Shown piece by piece: positions 13,931-27,714 of a stretch of 64,000 nt of DNA. Every line of letters starts with the position of its first letter. Positions within the stretch are counted from its first letter, which is position 1. Made by a program: the position numbers and the translations under genes. The notes under the pieces are model-generated. The model was not told where the DNA came from and ran no database searches. It saw only the letters and a program-made list of their open reading frames with translations. Origin of the DNA: Azolla caroliniana (Eukaryota; Plantae; Polypodiophyta); assembly GCA_043228905.1 (NCBI GenBank), contig JBHGNT010000010.1, positions 19,654,001 through 19,718,000 of the forward strand. The letters are read 5' to 3'.

Positions 13931-14376
13931 GAGGTGGTTGTAGTGAGAGAATATAGAGAGAAGGTGACTACATAAGCACCTTCTTCTCTTCTTTGTAATT
14001 GTTGGTTGTTTTTACCTTGTTAATACAAATTTCTTGTTTTCTATATACTATGTTGTCGTTAACGGAGATGAATGCTGGAAGTTCATAGCCGACCACATTG
14101 CCAATTGCGAGAAGATCCTATAGAGGTTGGGAGGAGCACACTTAACCTTGTCTGGAGAGAAGTTGGCATTCGGCCAGTCGGAGATCTTGGTGGCCGGACA
14201 CCTATGCGGATCATACGGCCAGAAGCCATCCCCAACAAAGGTTGATAGAGGTGGTTGTAGTGAGAGAATATAGAGAGAAGGTGACTACATAAGCACCTTC
14301 TTCTCTTCTTTGTAATTGTTGGTTGTTTTTACCTTGTTAATACAAATTTCTTGTTTTCTATATACTACGTTGTCGT
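13778..14376. repeat. tandem duplication (~280/315 bp) spanning RT fragment, flank and LTR junction
   Basis: Copies start ACGGAGATGAATGC at 13778 and 14062; first copy lacks ~33 bp bounded by GAAG; both end CTATATACTAYGTTGTCGT. Confidence 0.85.
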
Positions 14377-14966
14377 GGGGAAAACCGCCCATAGGAGAAA
14401 GGGGGACCAAAGGCACGTGAATCGCCACTTACGGGAGGCACACGAATAATAACTACTTGCAAAGAACCTAGGATCTAAGCAAATCGTTGTTGGGGGGTGG
14501 CCGAATTAATTACATGATGTAACAACCCGCCCTCCTTGGTATATAAAAGGCTCAGGGAGAAAGGGCTGAAAAAAGGGGGGCTACGTGTTTTGAGGGGAAG
14601 GAGGTGCTGTCAGACTATGAACCGAGCATCGGTTTTCTGTTTCCTGTTTTCAGATTTCTGTTTCTTGTATCCTGATCTTGGGATTTTGTTGTCTTGGACG
14701 CATAGACGTCTCTGTTTGCGTAGGAAGCCCGAGTGTTCCCGACAGAGGCCCTGTTGTGTCACGACTGTGGAGTGCGTGTGTTGGTAATTGAGCTCGTAGC
14801 TCATTCCCGATTGAGCCGGTTGTAATTGCCCTTTTAATATAAGTTGTTTCAGTACTCCGCATGTCTTGAGTTTATTTCTCTCATCTCCCTTCTTGCACTC
14901 CTCGGTCCAAGGCCTCCGCGGTCCCGCCTACGTTTCCTCGCATCTACGCGAAGTAACATGACATCT

Positions 14967-14984
14967 TGGTGAACCCGATGTGAA
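14967..14984 (+). promoter_or_regulatory. primer-binding site of element A, tRNA-Trp type
   Basis: TGGTGAACCCGATGTGAA, 3 nt after the 5' LTR; 17/18 match to the complement of the plant tRNA-Trp 3' end as recalled (TTCACGTCGGGTTCACCA). Confidence 0.8.
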
Positions 14985-16961
14985 ACATGCGGAAGAGGAA
15001 TCCTGAAGATGAGGGGAGCGGAACTTGCTGAGGCCATGGCGGCGGCGGTAGACCGTTTGGTGAGTGCTCGCGAGGGCACGAGAGCCCTTGATAGGGCCAT
15101 CGAATCAATCGTTGGAGCAATAGGCCAATTTGGTGGGAAAAACGCAACAAGCTATCTTGAGGCTTACCGGTCTGAGATAGTAATGAGGGACATACCAGTG
15201 GAAAAACGATTGTCCGGATTCCCTCGGGTCGCCGAACATTCACGCGGAGGTGCTCGAGGTGTAGGCAGCCTGCCGAAATTGGGAGGAGTTCGAAAGACGA
15301 CTCCTCGAGAGGTACGAGTACAATGACTCGCTTCGGCTGTCAAAGCGGGAGTTCATGCATGGACTGGGTCGAGAGTCCCGGGAAAGAGAGGAGTACGTTG
15401 GCGCTCCTCCAGGAGTTTGAAAAACGATTTTCTTGACTCTCGATGCTCGATCAGATCGTGCTCGATACGAGCCGGGTCCTACTCTTCATCAAGTCGGTGA
15501 ATGCGCTTGATCGGAAAAGTGTGGGTCCTCTGCTGGATACAGATGAGGGGCTTACGACCGATTGGGTCGTTGTCAAAGGGGTCTGCAGCCGTTTCGACAA
15601 ATGGTGTGAATGGAGCGACCAGGGCCTTAGGGCAGCGGGCGCGACAGTCGGGAAGAGATCGGGGGAAGTGACCCCGACAAAAATGGAAGAGACACGAAGG
15701 TGGTTTGAGGCTGTTGTGGTCCCGACCGATGCAGTCAAGGAGCCATCAGGAGGCACGACTCTTGAGGAGCTCATGAAGATGGTACGGGACCTCCAGATTG
15801 TGCAGGCCCGAAGGGACAACGGGGGACAGGTTCGCAACCGAAAGCCTCTAACCGATCAACGGTGTATGTGGTGCGATGCGATCGGCCACACTTGAAGGGA
15901 TTGCGCGGATTTCACAGAGGCACTCAGAAGCAATGTGGTGTACCTGTGGAATGGGCAAGTGCACGAGAGTGAAACTCGAGTGGCCTTGAGATGGAACACT
16001 GGTCGGAGCGTGATGAAATGGTTAATGGAGGAGATCGTGACGCAACACGTCGAGGCCATCCATTACTCCGCATTGGCCGGTATCCGGGTCAGGACTGACG
16101 GCGGCCAGAAACCAAAAGACTCAAGGTTTTGGCCACTAATGACGGAAGGCCTTTCTGGGGTGCAGTTGAGGAAGGAGGAAGTAGACCGCATAGAGAAACG
16201 GGTCCGGGAGGTTACGGGGTGGAACGATCCGGTCGAAGAAAAGACCGGTTTCGTGGAAGTGGCATGCCAGAACTACGAGGTCCTACTAGAACATAAGCAT
16301 GCGGGAAAGGGCGACGGAACAGGACCCTTTAACCGGTACGACACCCGGAGCGGGCTGAAGAAGAACGATGCGGAGGCCTCCGGCTTGCAGGAAAGAGCGA
16401 AGCCGGCGGGTTACCGACTGGGCTCCGAAATAGAAAGAGGGACGAACTTACAGAAGGTCCTCAAGGAACGGATCCTTGATATCCGAGAAGAGTTATCTCT
16501 GCAGGAAGCGCTAGGGATCACCAAGAAGGAGTTCCACGACTCCATTGTAGACTTAGTAAAGCGCAAGAGGCTCATGACCGAGCCAGAGCCGGAGAAACCT
16601 GTGGAGGTGCGCATAACGCGCCTAGAGGATGCAACTGTGTAAGACGAGATGGCAGAGAGCCATTAATTGAAGCTGCATTGGGCAAGAGCAACCACGGAGA
16701 CCCCCGTTCGGATCGGGGACGTCCAGGAATTGGTGGTAGCCCTAGTGGACCACGAGTCTGAGATCAACTTGATGTCCATGGATTTCTACAAAAAAGGGGA
16801 AATGGCCGATCAACACCAAGCACGGGTGGAAGATACGCGCAGCCACGCGTGCCACGGAGGAGCTACACGGGGCGTGCTCGAACGTGCGAGTAAAGAGACC
16901 TCTTCGCACCCGGTGATTTTCGGAGAGCCGTACATTACGGCATCCCATATGGAGACGAAAG

Positions 16962-19900
16962 TGTTAGGATTTCGGTCCCTCCGGATGGGATATGAGTGCC
17001 CGGCAAAGAAGACCCGGTGAGAATCGGATGATGAGAACCGGATGATGCAGGCCCCCGGATGAAGGGACATATATGGAAATATGTCTCTGAGAGCCCATTG
17101 GGGCTATATCCGTAAATAGTCCTAAAGTCATTTTAGTATAAATATGACCTAGGGCAAACAAAGTGTGTGTGAATATAGTTGTTGGTGCAACTGATGTACA
17201 GTGTGTAATAGTGAGAGAGAGAGAGTGAGAGGGAGAGAGAGATACAGAGTGTGTCTCTGTTTTAACTGCTGCCAGGCAAAGATCGGGAGCACGAGGTCAT
17301 TGCCTCTGTGTTCCTCTGTTGTATTCCTCCTACATAGTGATAGTTTGGAGTCTGTGGGCTCCCATGGTTTTTCCCTCTCAGGGTTTTTTCCACGTTAACA
17401 TACCGTGTTCCCTCTCTCATATTATCTGTGTGCACGTGTATTCACCTCTATTCCTATTCTCGGTGTTCAATTCGAAACGACACGATCTGAGACTCGGTTG
17501 TGGCCGAGTCATATTCCGCATATTTCGCGTCAATCTGGTACTAGAGCGATCAACACAGAAAATGGAAGAATCTCTCGGCGGCATGTTTAAGCTCACCGGC
17601 TCCAACTACTCAGTGTGGAAGTCGAAGATGAGGGACATGCTCGTGGTTAAAGATCTTTGGTTGCCAGTTCTGTTCAGGGACAAGAGACTGAACAAGATCG
17701 ATGCCACGTTATGGGAGGTGATGCACATGAAGACAATGGCGTGCATACGGTGCTTCATCGACATGAGTCTATACAACAACTTCAATGAAGAGAGTAAGGC
17801 TCATGAGCTATGGGAGAAGATCGATATTATGTTTCAGAACAAAAATGTTGTTAATCGGGTTTCGGTATTCCGGAAGCTAGTAAGACTCCGGTACCAAGAT
17901 AGCTGCAGTATGGCGGAGCACATGAATGCCTTCCAGGGGCTGATATACCAGGCCACATCGTTGGAAGTACCTCTCGCCGATGAGGTATTTGCTCTACTCC
18001 TGCTCGGTTCCCTCTTGGATAGCTGGGAGACGTTAGTTGTCACTTTGGGCAATGCCGGGCCGGATGGAAAACAAATATCCCTAGCAAGAGTCAAGTCGAG
18101 CTTGCTAGATGAGGAGGCGCGTCGGAAAGACAAGGATACGAGCTCTGACTCCAAAGCGCTCCTTATTGAATCAGAACGCGGAAGACAAAGGAATCGGAGT
18201 CCCCAGAACCGGGAAAAGTTGGGGACATGGTCAAAGTCAAGGGGAAGGCCCACTTGCTTCTACTATGGGAAGCCGGGGCACTTCCAGAAGAACTGTTAGC
18301 ATTTCCGGAAAGACAAGGAAACCGACAACACCGATTCGAAGTGGTCACTGGACTGGAACGGTAAAGACCGGAGGGGATCAGACCGGAAGGGAACGACGGC
18401 AATCACGGCAAGTGAAGAAGAGTTGATGCTCATCATCGAGGAGAGTGAGTTGAATCTTGCCGGCGATGAGACAACGTGGGTTGTCGATTCCAGAGCATCG
18501 TTCCACCTTACCCTGGACCGGAAATGCTTCTCATCCTACATAGCCGGTGAGTACGACTGTGTCAGGATGGGGAATGAAGGGACATGCCAAATTATCGGCA
18601 TAGGAAATGTGTTGTTGACCACATCGATTGGATGCAAGTTGCTGCTGAAGGATGTCCGATACGTTCCAGAGGTTCGACTGAACTTGATATCAGCCGGTCG
18701 GTTAGATGATAAAGGCTACAAAGGTAGCATCCGAAACGGTGTCATGAAGTTCTGCAAATGGAACCTAATAGTGGCTCGGGCTCGGAAAGTCAACACATTG
18801 TACCTAATGAATGCCCGATTATACCGGGAAGAAGTGAACGTGGCATCCGACACTGCCGGTGAGTTGTGGCACAAGAGACTGTGTCACATGAGCGAGAAGG
18901 GGATGAGAAGGCTTACTGATGAAAACCTCATTCTGGTGAAGGATGTGCATCTTGAGACGTGCACCGACTGCCTGGCCGATAAGCAAAACCGGACCTCCTT
19001 CCGATCAAGGCCACCGATGAGACGTAATGCACCACTGGAGTTGGTGCATACCGATGTGTGTCAAGTGGACACAAAGTCACATGCCGGATCGCAGTACTTC
19101 ATGACGTTCATAGACGACCACAGCCGGAAGCTGTGGGCCACACCGTTGAAGACGAAGGATCAGGTGTTATCCGTCTTCAAGGAGCTCCACGTGAGAATGG
19201 AAAGAGAATCCGGCCGGAAGCTGAAGGCGGTTCGAGCAGATAACGGAGGAGAATACCGGGGGCAGTTCGAGGAGTACTACTGCTCGAAGGGAATCCGGCT
19301 CGAATTTACTGTGCTGAAGATGCCGGAACTAAACGGGCTGGCCGAGAGGATGATCCGGACCATAATGGAGAGGGTCCGGAGTATGCTAGCACATGTTAAG
19401 CTAACCAAGACGTTTTGGGTTGAGGTGATGTCGACGACGACGTATGTGATAAACAGATCACCCTTAGTGCCCCTGGACGGAGACACGCCGCAAAGAGTGT
19501 GGACCGGTAAGGAAGTGTCTTACCGGCATCTGAAGGTGTTCGGGTGTCTCACTTACGTGCATGTTTCAAAGGACCAGAGAGCAAAGTTGGATCCAAAGTC
19601 TTGGCCTTGCATATTCCTCGGATACGGGGATGATGAGTTCGGCTACCGAGTGTGGGATCTAGTCAACAAAAAGGTTTTCCGGAGTCGAGATATTATCTTC
19701 ATGGAGGACAAGACCCTTGCCGATTGGGAGTCAGAGAAGAAGATAATGAACTCTGAGTTGATCGGTAAGGATCGGTTCGATGAGATTCGGACCTACCCGG
19801 CTAAGAGCCGGTTGACACTCGAAGAACCGGCCTGTTACAGTGAGGATACCGAACCGGCAGAAGAAGAAGAAGAAGAGGAAGCTGAAACCAGAACCGGCCA

Positions 19901-21876
19901 ATATCCTGAATTAGATTCGGATGAAGAACAGACGCAGGAGCCGTTTACCGAAAACCGAAGTCGGAGATATCCTCTCCGGGATAGAAGAGCCCGCTAGAGA
20001 TTTCCGGAAGCAGAGCATGTGTTGATGACCGATGAGGGGGAGACGGAAAGCTTCGAAGAAGCAAAGGAGGACACCCACAACCGCAAGTGGCAGAGTGCCA
20101 TGCAGGACGAGATGGATTCCTTGCATGAGAACCACACATATGAATTGGTGGAGTTGCCGAAAGGAAAGCGGGCACTCCAGAATAAGTGAGTGTACAAGTT
20201 GTAACCGGGAGATGCCGACAACCCCCCAAGGTACAAAGCCAGGATCGTGGTGAAGGGGTTCCAGCAGAAGAAGGGAGTGGACTTCGATGAGATATTTGCC
20301 TTGGTAGTAGAGATGATTTCCATCTTGACGGTGTTGAGCATAGCGGCAAGCTTGGACCTCGAGGTAGAGCAGTTAGACGTGAAGACGACATTCCTCCACG
20401 GCGACCTCGAAGAGGAGATATACATGCAACAACCGGAGGGATTTGTGAAGAAAGGGAAGCAGCACCTGGTTTGCCGGTTGAAGAAGAGTCTCTACGGTTT
20501 GAAGCAAGCTCCTCGGCAATGGTACCGGAAGTTCGACTCCTTCATGACGGATCAAGGATACCACAAGACGCAGGCCAATCACTGCGTGTTTGTGAAGAAG
20601 TTTGAAGGTGGAGACTTCCTGATACTCTTCCTGTACGTGGACGACATGTTGATCGTCAGACGAGACCAAGTCAAGATACGAGCACTGAAGAAGGCTCTGA
20701 ACCGGACCTTCTCAATGAAAGACTTGGGTCCGGCAAGAATGATACTGGGGATGCATATCATCCGGGATCGGTCAAAGAAGCAATTGTGGCTGTCACAGGA
20801 GAAGTACGTGACAAAGGTGCTTCAGCGGTTCAACATGTCAGATGCGAAATTGGTCGGATCGACACTCCCGGCAAACTGTAGGTTATTCGGTAAGCAAAGC
20901 CTGAAGACGAAGGCAGAGAAGGCGGATATGATGAAGATACCATATGCCTCTGCCATTGGGAGCTTAATGTACGCAATGCTGTGTACTCGACCGAATATCG
21001 GATATGCAGTCAGAGTGGTGAGCCGGTTCATGAGCAATCCCGACAAGGAGCACTGGAATGTGGTAATGGATACTCCAGTACCTGAAAGGCACCTCAAGTA
21101 TGTGTATCCGATTCAGCTCCGTTAAACCCCAACTTGACGGTTTCACCGATTCGGATATGTCGGCTGATGCGGATACCAACTGGTCCACATCCGGATATGT
21201 CAGGACATACGCGGGGGGAGCTATTTCGTGGTAGTCGAGGCTTTAGAAGACGGTTGTGTTGTCAACCATGGAGGCGGAGTACATGGCGGTTGTGGAAGCC
21301 GGCAAGGAAATACTATGATGAAGGACTTCATCGAAGAGCTGGGGATCTGGCAAGAGGAATATCTGCTCTATTGCGACAGTCAAAGTGCCATCCACCTTGC
21401 GAAGAACGCAGTGTATCATTCTAGGATGAAGCACATCCAGCGGAGGTACCACTGGATCCGGGAGCGAGTAGAAGATCGAGAGTTCGTGCTGACAAAGATC
21501 CACATGGAGGAAAATGAGTTAGATATGCTCAACAAGGTGCTGACACCCAACAAGCTCAATGCATGTTGGAAGCGGATCAGGCTCACGAGGCATCCCATGC
21601 CGGAGTGAAGGGGGAGTTTGTTAGGATTTCTGTCCCTCCGGATGGGATATGAGTACCCGGCAAAGAAGACCCGGTGAGAACCGGATGATGCAGGCCCGGT
21701 GAGAACCTCTCACCGGATGAAGGGACATATATGGAAATATGTCTCTGAGAGCCAATTGGGGCTATATCTGTAAATATTCCTAAAGTCATATTAGTATAAA
21801 TATGACCTAGGGCAAACATAGTGTGTGTGAATATAGTTGTTAGTGCAACTGTTGTACAGTGTGTACAATGTGTAAT

Positions 21877-21923
<47 letters not shown>

Positions 21924-22211
21924 CAGAGCGTGTCTCTGTTGTAACTGCCGCCAGGCAAAGATCAGGAGCACGAGGTCGTTGCCTCTGTGTTCCTCTGTTG
22001 TATTCCTCTTACATAGTGATAGTTTGGAGTCTATGGGCTCCCATGGTTTTTCCCTCTCAAGGTTTTTTCCACGTTAACATACTTTGTTCCCTCTCTCATA
22101 TTATTTGTGTGCACGTGTATTCACCTCTATTCCTATTCTCGGTGTTAGATTCGAAACAGTACGATCTGAGACTCGGTTGTGGCCAAGTAATATTCCACAT
22201 ATTTCGCGTCA
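16962..22211 (+). mobile_element. Copia LTR retrotransposon B (Tork/Tnt1-like), inserted in the protease region of A
   Basis: LTRs 16962-17532 and 21619-22211 (TG...CA); TSD GAAAG; PBS TGGTACTAGAGC 17536-17547 (tRNA-Met-like); PPT GAAGGGGGAG; removal restores METKVLDNG in A. Confidence 0.95.
17562..21608 (+). pseudogene. Copia B gag-pol with stops and frameshifts
   Basis: Gag UBN2-like region and GKPGHFQKNC knuckle, PR WVVDSRAS, INT VHTDVC/RADNGGE, RT LYVDDML, RH YCDSQSAI; order PR-INT-RT-RH. Confidence 0.9.
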
Positions 22212-24355
22212 GAAAGTACTGGACAATGGCTCGACATACGCGCGAGTGAAGAACCAAGACGGGCGTAACTCCGTCCAAATTTTGACGGTTCGCCCTAACC
22301 ACGAACTGTGGATCTCTCGGCGGTAATGACCAGGAGGATTTTTAAAGAGGGCTACCAAGGCGTGGGGCTGCGATAGTCCGGACAACCCGAAGAAACCCCA
22401 CACGTGTACCATAGGTAGGAAGTTTTGGTTCTCCGACAGCGGAGGTTTTACTATAGCTAGCATCAATGGCCGGGAAAAAAGAAAGGTCGAAGAACGTCTA
22501 AGGGCGTGTGGTGCCCTTGGCTCCGACGACGAGATTGGTGTGTCGTGGAGGCGGTCTCATTTGATTACACCCTGGGAAAGATCGGTAGGGGGATGAAGGC
22601 CTAAGTGAAGATCGAGTCATCCTAGTCGGAACTGTGGAGATGTATGAAGTCATCGCGGACTTCGGGGAGATGATCTGGTCGGAGGAAACGGCCCAAGTTA
22701 ACACAAAGTACAAGAATGTGGACCGGAAAGTAAGGCCAGTCGCGGCTCCCTTGTTGGAGGGTAGTGAGGAGCGAATAAAAGAGGTCGCGTCGGACCCAAG
22801 CTTACGAAATCCGGTCGGCATAGGACACCGGTTCACCGATGAGACGCTACGAGAGCTGAAGATCGGTGGGGGTGGCTTCCTATTGCCGATGGAGGAGGAC
22901 CGTTTTTGAAGGATGCTCGGAAGTCATTGGAGGGCCTTTGCATTCTCGCTGGAGGAGATCGGGTGCGTCGACCTGACAATCATAGAGCCAATGGTTATCT
23001 TCATGATACCGCACGTACCATGGAACCTCAAGCTGATCCTGGTGTCAAGAGATCACATCCCAAAGCTGATGGAGTTGCTCAAACAGAAAGTGGATATGGG
23101 CATCCTCGAACCATCAAGTGCTCCATATTCCAATTGGTGGTTCATGGTACCCAAAAAGAATGGCACGTTGCGCTTCATTTAGGACCTGCAGTTAGTCAAC
23201 AAAGTGACCATTCAGAACGCAGAGATCGGGCCGACTATTGATGAGTTCGCGGAGGCTTTCGCCAGAAGGTCGATCTATTTGGTCGGGGGTTTGTACTCAG
23301 GGTACGACTAGTTCCAGCTAGCAGTGGAAAGTAGGGACATCACGACGATGCAAACCCCTCTCGGTTTAGTGCGGATGTGTACCCTTCCACAAGGAGGGAC
23401 CAACTTGGTCATGCACATGGTGAATGCAATGAACAAGGTTCTGAGGGACTGCATCCCTGACATCACCATGCCATTCTTAGATGACATCCTGATCAAGCGA
23501 TTCCTGATAGAAGAGAAGGATGAGTCGGTGAGATCGGATGGGTGCCAGAGGTTTGTGGCAGACCACATCGAAGACTACGAGAAAATTCTGGAGAGGCTCG
23601 AGCGTGCTCGGCTCACATTTTTTGGGGAGAAGTCGGCTTTCGGGCATCTGAGTGGGCCATACGGACGGAAACCGTCTCCGGCGAAGGTAGAGACCATCTC
23701 TACGATGAAAGAAGAATGTAGGTTGGTCATGGAAGTTTGTAGGTTCCTGGGCGCGTGCGCGTTTTATCACATTTGGATTCCGCACTACGTGCACATCGCG
23801 GAGCCACTCTACGGACTACTAAAGAAGGGTTGTAAATTCGAATGGAACCAAGAGCACATGTAGTCGGTGCAAAAGCTGAAGGGGGCATTGATGGTGGCAC
23901 CGGCCCTCAGGAAGGCGGTTTACGAGAGGGACACTCTGGTTTATGTGACAGTGGACACGAGTTCGACCGGAATCGGATGGGTGGTCAATCAGGAAGATGC
24001 GGATGGTACTAGATTCCCCATCCGGTTCGGAGCAAAGGTATTGAGTGAGCGTCAGGGAGGATACACCCAGGTTAAGCGCGAACTCTGGGGTATCGTCTCG
24101 GCGGTTAAGGCCAATAAGGATTACCTGGTCGGGGCAGGGGTTATAATCGAGACAAACTTCCTGCTGATCTTCGGTATGGTTTCCGGATGTGCGACTGCGG
24201 ACCTGGCTATGCTCAGGTGGATCGCGTATATTAAGTCCCTAAACCCGGAAATACGGCATATCTCCGGGAAAGACAACACTATGGCCAATATGCTTTCAAG
24301 GGCAAGGTTCGACGATGAAGATGGCATGATATCGGAAGACGAGGAAGTTGGCGTA

Positions 24356-25139
24356 TGACAAGAACTAATCGTTCCTTATGCGCAATGCTCGGCCACAACC
24401 GAGCTTAAAATCATACACAGAAAACGGGAATGAATGCACGACACAAGAGAAGAGACGAGTACGCAGGATGTTTACATGGAAAACCCAAACTAAGGGAAAA
24501 AACCACGGTAGCCCACAGGCTGCAAACTATCACTATGCTAGAATGTACAATAGTGAGTTCATGGAGGCAACGACCTCGTGCTCACGATCCTCGCCACAGG
24601 CGGCGGTTACAACAGAGGCAATGACCTCTTTCTCTCTCTCTCTCTCTCTTTGTACACAGTTCCGCGCTCTCTCTCTCCTTGCACCAACAAGAATAACAAC
24701 TACACACTCTAAAAGTCTGCCCTAAGTCATATTTATACTAATATGACTTTTCGGCTATTTACAAATATAGCCATGATGGACTCTCATAAGCATATTTACT
24801 ATTAATATGTCTCTTCCTCCGGTGAGCACTCCTCACTGGGTCTGCACCATCCGGCTCTCTGTAGCTGGGTACTCCTCATCCGGTCCTCACCGGGTCTGCA
24901 CCATCCGGCTCTCCGTAGCCGGGTACTCTTCATCCGGTTCTCACCGGGTCTGCACCATCCGGCTCTCCGTAGCCGGGTACTCTTCATCCGGTTCTCACCG
25001 GGTCTGCACCATCCGGCTCTCCGTAGCCGGGTACTCTTCATCCGGTCCTCACCGAGTCTGCACCATCCGGCTCTCCGTAGCCGGGTACTCCTCATACGGT
25101 TCTTCTCCCTTCCCATCCGGAGGGACCTGTCTCCCAACA
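24356..25139 (-). mobile_element. solo LTR related to the Copia B LTR family, inserted in A pol
   Basis: Minus-strand start TGTTGGGAGACAGGTCCCTCCGGATGGGA resembles the B LTR start; ends ...TGTCA; flanks GCGTA/ACGTA; removal restores EEVGVDFFE. Confidence 0.85.
24834..25095. repeat. ~5 x 54-bp tandem repeat inside the solo LTR
   Basis: Unit CCGGGTCTGCACCATCCGGCTCTCCGTAGCCGGGTACTCTTCATCCGGTTCTCA; produces the 18-aa periodic ORFs in the track. Confidence 0.9.
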
Positions 25140-27220
25140 ACGTAGACTTCTTCGAGTCGGCCCAAGTAATGGCAAAAGGAAGGAGCACTCCGGCACTGAA
25201 CGAATTCGACGAGAACGAGTACGAGGGGCAGTGGCTCCGGATCGGTAGGTTCTTGAAGACGCTGACCCTGGACGAGGTGTGGACGAAGGAAGAAGCGAAT
25301 CGAATCCGAAAGAAGGCGTACGGTTTCTTCCTGCGGGACGGGAGTATATGGAAGCACCCAAAGAAACGTAGAGGCTTTCCACTCCGAGTAGTGGTAAGAA
25401 GAGAGGAGAAGAGGGTGCTGTTGTCGGAATACCACGAGACCCCTTGGTCCGGTCACCGTGGGACGTAGGCAACGTTCGAGAAGGTGAAAGAGAAGTATTG
25501 GTGGTCGGGAATGTACCGCGACGCACAGCACTTCGTGACAACCTGCGAGAGCTGTCAGACCCACTCGACGATCTGACATAGGGACGAGTTGCACCCAACG
25601 TACCCACCGACCGTTCATTTCAAATGGATGGTAGACTTAGTGACCATGCCGATGGGGATGGGGCGGATGTGGTACATGGTGCTGGCATGCGAAGACCTGA
25701 TGAACCAAGTGGAGGGCCGAGCACTACAGAACAAGACAACGGCGGGAGTGTGTCGGTTCTTGATCGAGGAGGTTTTCTGCCGGTACGGGTGCGTGGGAAA
25801 AATCGTAGCCGATCGAGGGGAGCTGAATGCACAAGAGGCCGAGGAGCTGTTTGGACGGCTAGGTGTTAAGCTCTCTCTCACCACGACTTACAATCCAGAG
25901 GCGAACGGGAAGGTGGAGCGCAGACACGGACCCATCGTGAAGGCATTACTGCGAGCATGCGAAGGACAAGTCGGGAATTGGCTGTGGCTCTTGCCGTACG
26001 TGTTGTGGGCGGACCGAACTATGCACAACTTGGTGACTGGGTTCATGCCGGTGGAACACACGATCTCCTCATGGGTGGCGATCAACTGGACGGGTGAAAT
26101 GAGCCGAGAGGAACTATTGGTGGCAAGGATTCGGCAGCTTGAATGGAGACCGGAGGACGGGGCGAGGGCGAAAGCAAAATTGTGTGTGGCGCGGAGGAAG
26201 AGCAAGGACCAGTTCGACCAGACACGCCGGTTGCGACCGAGGAAGATAGAGGAAGGCAACTGGGTGTTGGTGTATGATAGCAACCTTGACAACCAGCATC
26301 AGGTGTCATGGAAATTTGCGAGGAGATGGTTCGGCCCTTACGTGGTGACGAGCGCAAACGACAACGCCACGTACCATATCACGGAGCTTGACGTGACGAG
26401 GATAGCAGTGCCGGTCGTGGGAAAACAGATGAAGGTCTTCAAGAAGTGGCATGAGGACAAACCGGGATTGGACAATGAGCACGAAGGTGACGACCCAGGG
26501 AGAACCGATGAAGGCGAGGAAGGCGGCAGTACGGAGGAAGACGAGTAACGTGTGGCCGGGTTTTCCCCCACACTTTGCTCCTTTCCTGGCACATTCCGGA
26601 GGATGTGCGGGTTTGATGGGGGTGGATGTCGTGGGGAAAACCGGCCACAGGAGAAAGGGGGACCAAAGGCGCGTGAATCGCCGGTTACGGGAGGCACGCG
26701 AATAATAACTACTTGCAAAGAACCTAGGATCTAAGCAAATCGTTGTTGGGGGGCGGCCGAATTAATTACATGATGTAACAACCCGCCCTCCTTGGTATAT
26801 AAAAGGAGGGAGAAAGGGCTGAAAAAGGGGGGGCCTACGCATTTTGAGGAGAAGGAGGTGTTGTCGGATTGGGAACTGAGCATCTGTCTTCTTTTTCCTG
26901 TTTTCGAATTTCTGTTTCCTGTATCCCGAACCTGGGATTTTATTATCTTGGACGTATAGACATCTCTGTTTGCATAGGAAGCCCGAGTGCTCCCGATAGA
27001 GGCCTTGTTCTGTCACGGTTGTGGAGTGTGTGTGTTGGTAACTGAGCTCATAGCTCATTCCCGGTTGAACCGGTTGTAATTGCCCTGTTAATATAAGTTG
27101 TTTCAGTACTCCGCGTGTCCTAAGTTTCTTTCTCTCATCTCCCTTCTTGCAGTCCTCGGTCCAATGCCTCCGCGGTCCTGCCTACGTTTCCTCCCATCTA
27201 CGTGAAGTAACACGACAACG

Positions 27221-27253
<33 letters not shown>

Positions 27254-27307
27254 ATGTAATATTTTTGGTCTCATAGGTTATATTTGACCTCCGAAGACGA
27301 TAATATA

Positions 27308-27339
<32 letters not shown>

Positions 27340-27419
27340 CTCTTTTTTCGTAAATAATGGCTTTCATTCCAAAAGAAAAAACACCACCATGACTAACTTA
27401 CTACGAATTATAGAACCCT

Positions 27420-27714
27420 TCTATCTAGGGATCTAAAGAATATTATGACACCAAACTCAATGCCACCCTACACACCAATTCAAATGGCGAGTATGATGAT
27501 ATGTGACCTTGCAAAGTTCACTCTCTTCCTGGTTGAGATTTCGTGACTTCTCTAGAACTGTCAATTGCCACAAAAGAAATCCTTTTAACTTTAGAACATA
27601 TTTTCTCACCCCAACTTGCGAATAAAAAATGAAGGCATTCCGCATATTCCAATTGAACTATAGCCCCCAATACCTCAAGAACTCAAAAATAATTTGAAAA
27701 TGAGGCATCGGTTC
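27420..27714 (-). pseudogene. LINE ORF2 3' remnant (continuation of 48586-50293)
   Basis: Joins 48586 across TSD GGTTC; reading WVFAHMENNEP-MPHFQIIFEFLRYW continues the zf-RVT-downstream region. Confidence 0.7.

Larger units (their letters stand above)
15009..26548 (+). pseudogene. gag-protease / pol of element A (fragmented)
   Basis: Gag knuckle CMWCDAIGH, protease ALVDHESEINL, RT MPFLDD, RNase H VDTSSTGIGW, integrase zinc-finger remnant, VADRGE and NGKVER; collinear with element E. Confidence 0.9.
14371..27217 (+). mobile_element. Gypsy LTR retrotransposon A (non-chromovirus, Phygy/Selgy-like), decayed, with nested insertions
   Basis: LTRs 14371-14963 and 26627-27217 (TGTCGTG...CAYGACA); TSD ACGT; PBS 14967-14984; PPT GGGGGTGGA before the 3' LTR; gag-PR-RT-RH-INT order with many stops. 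Confidence 0.95.
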
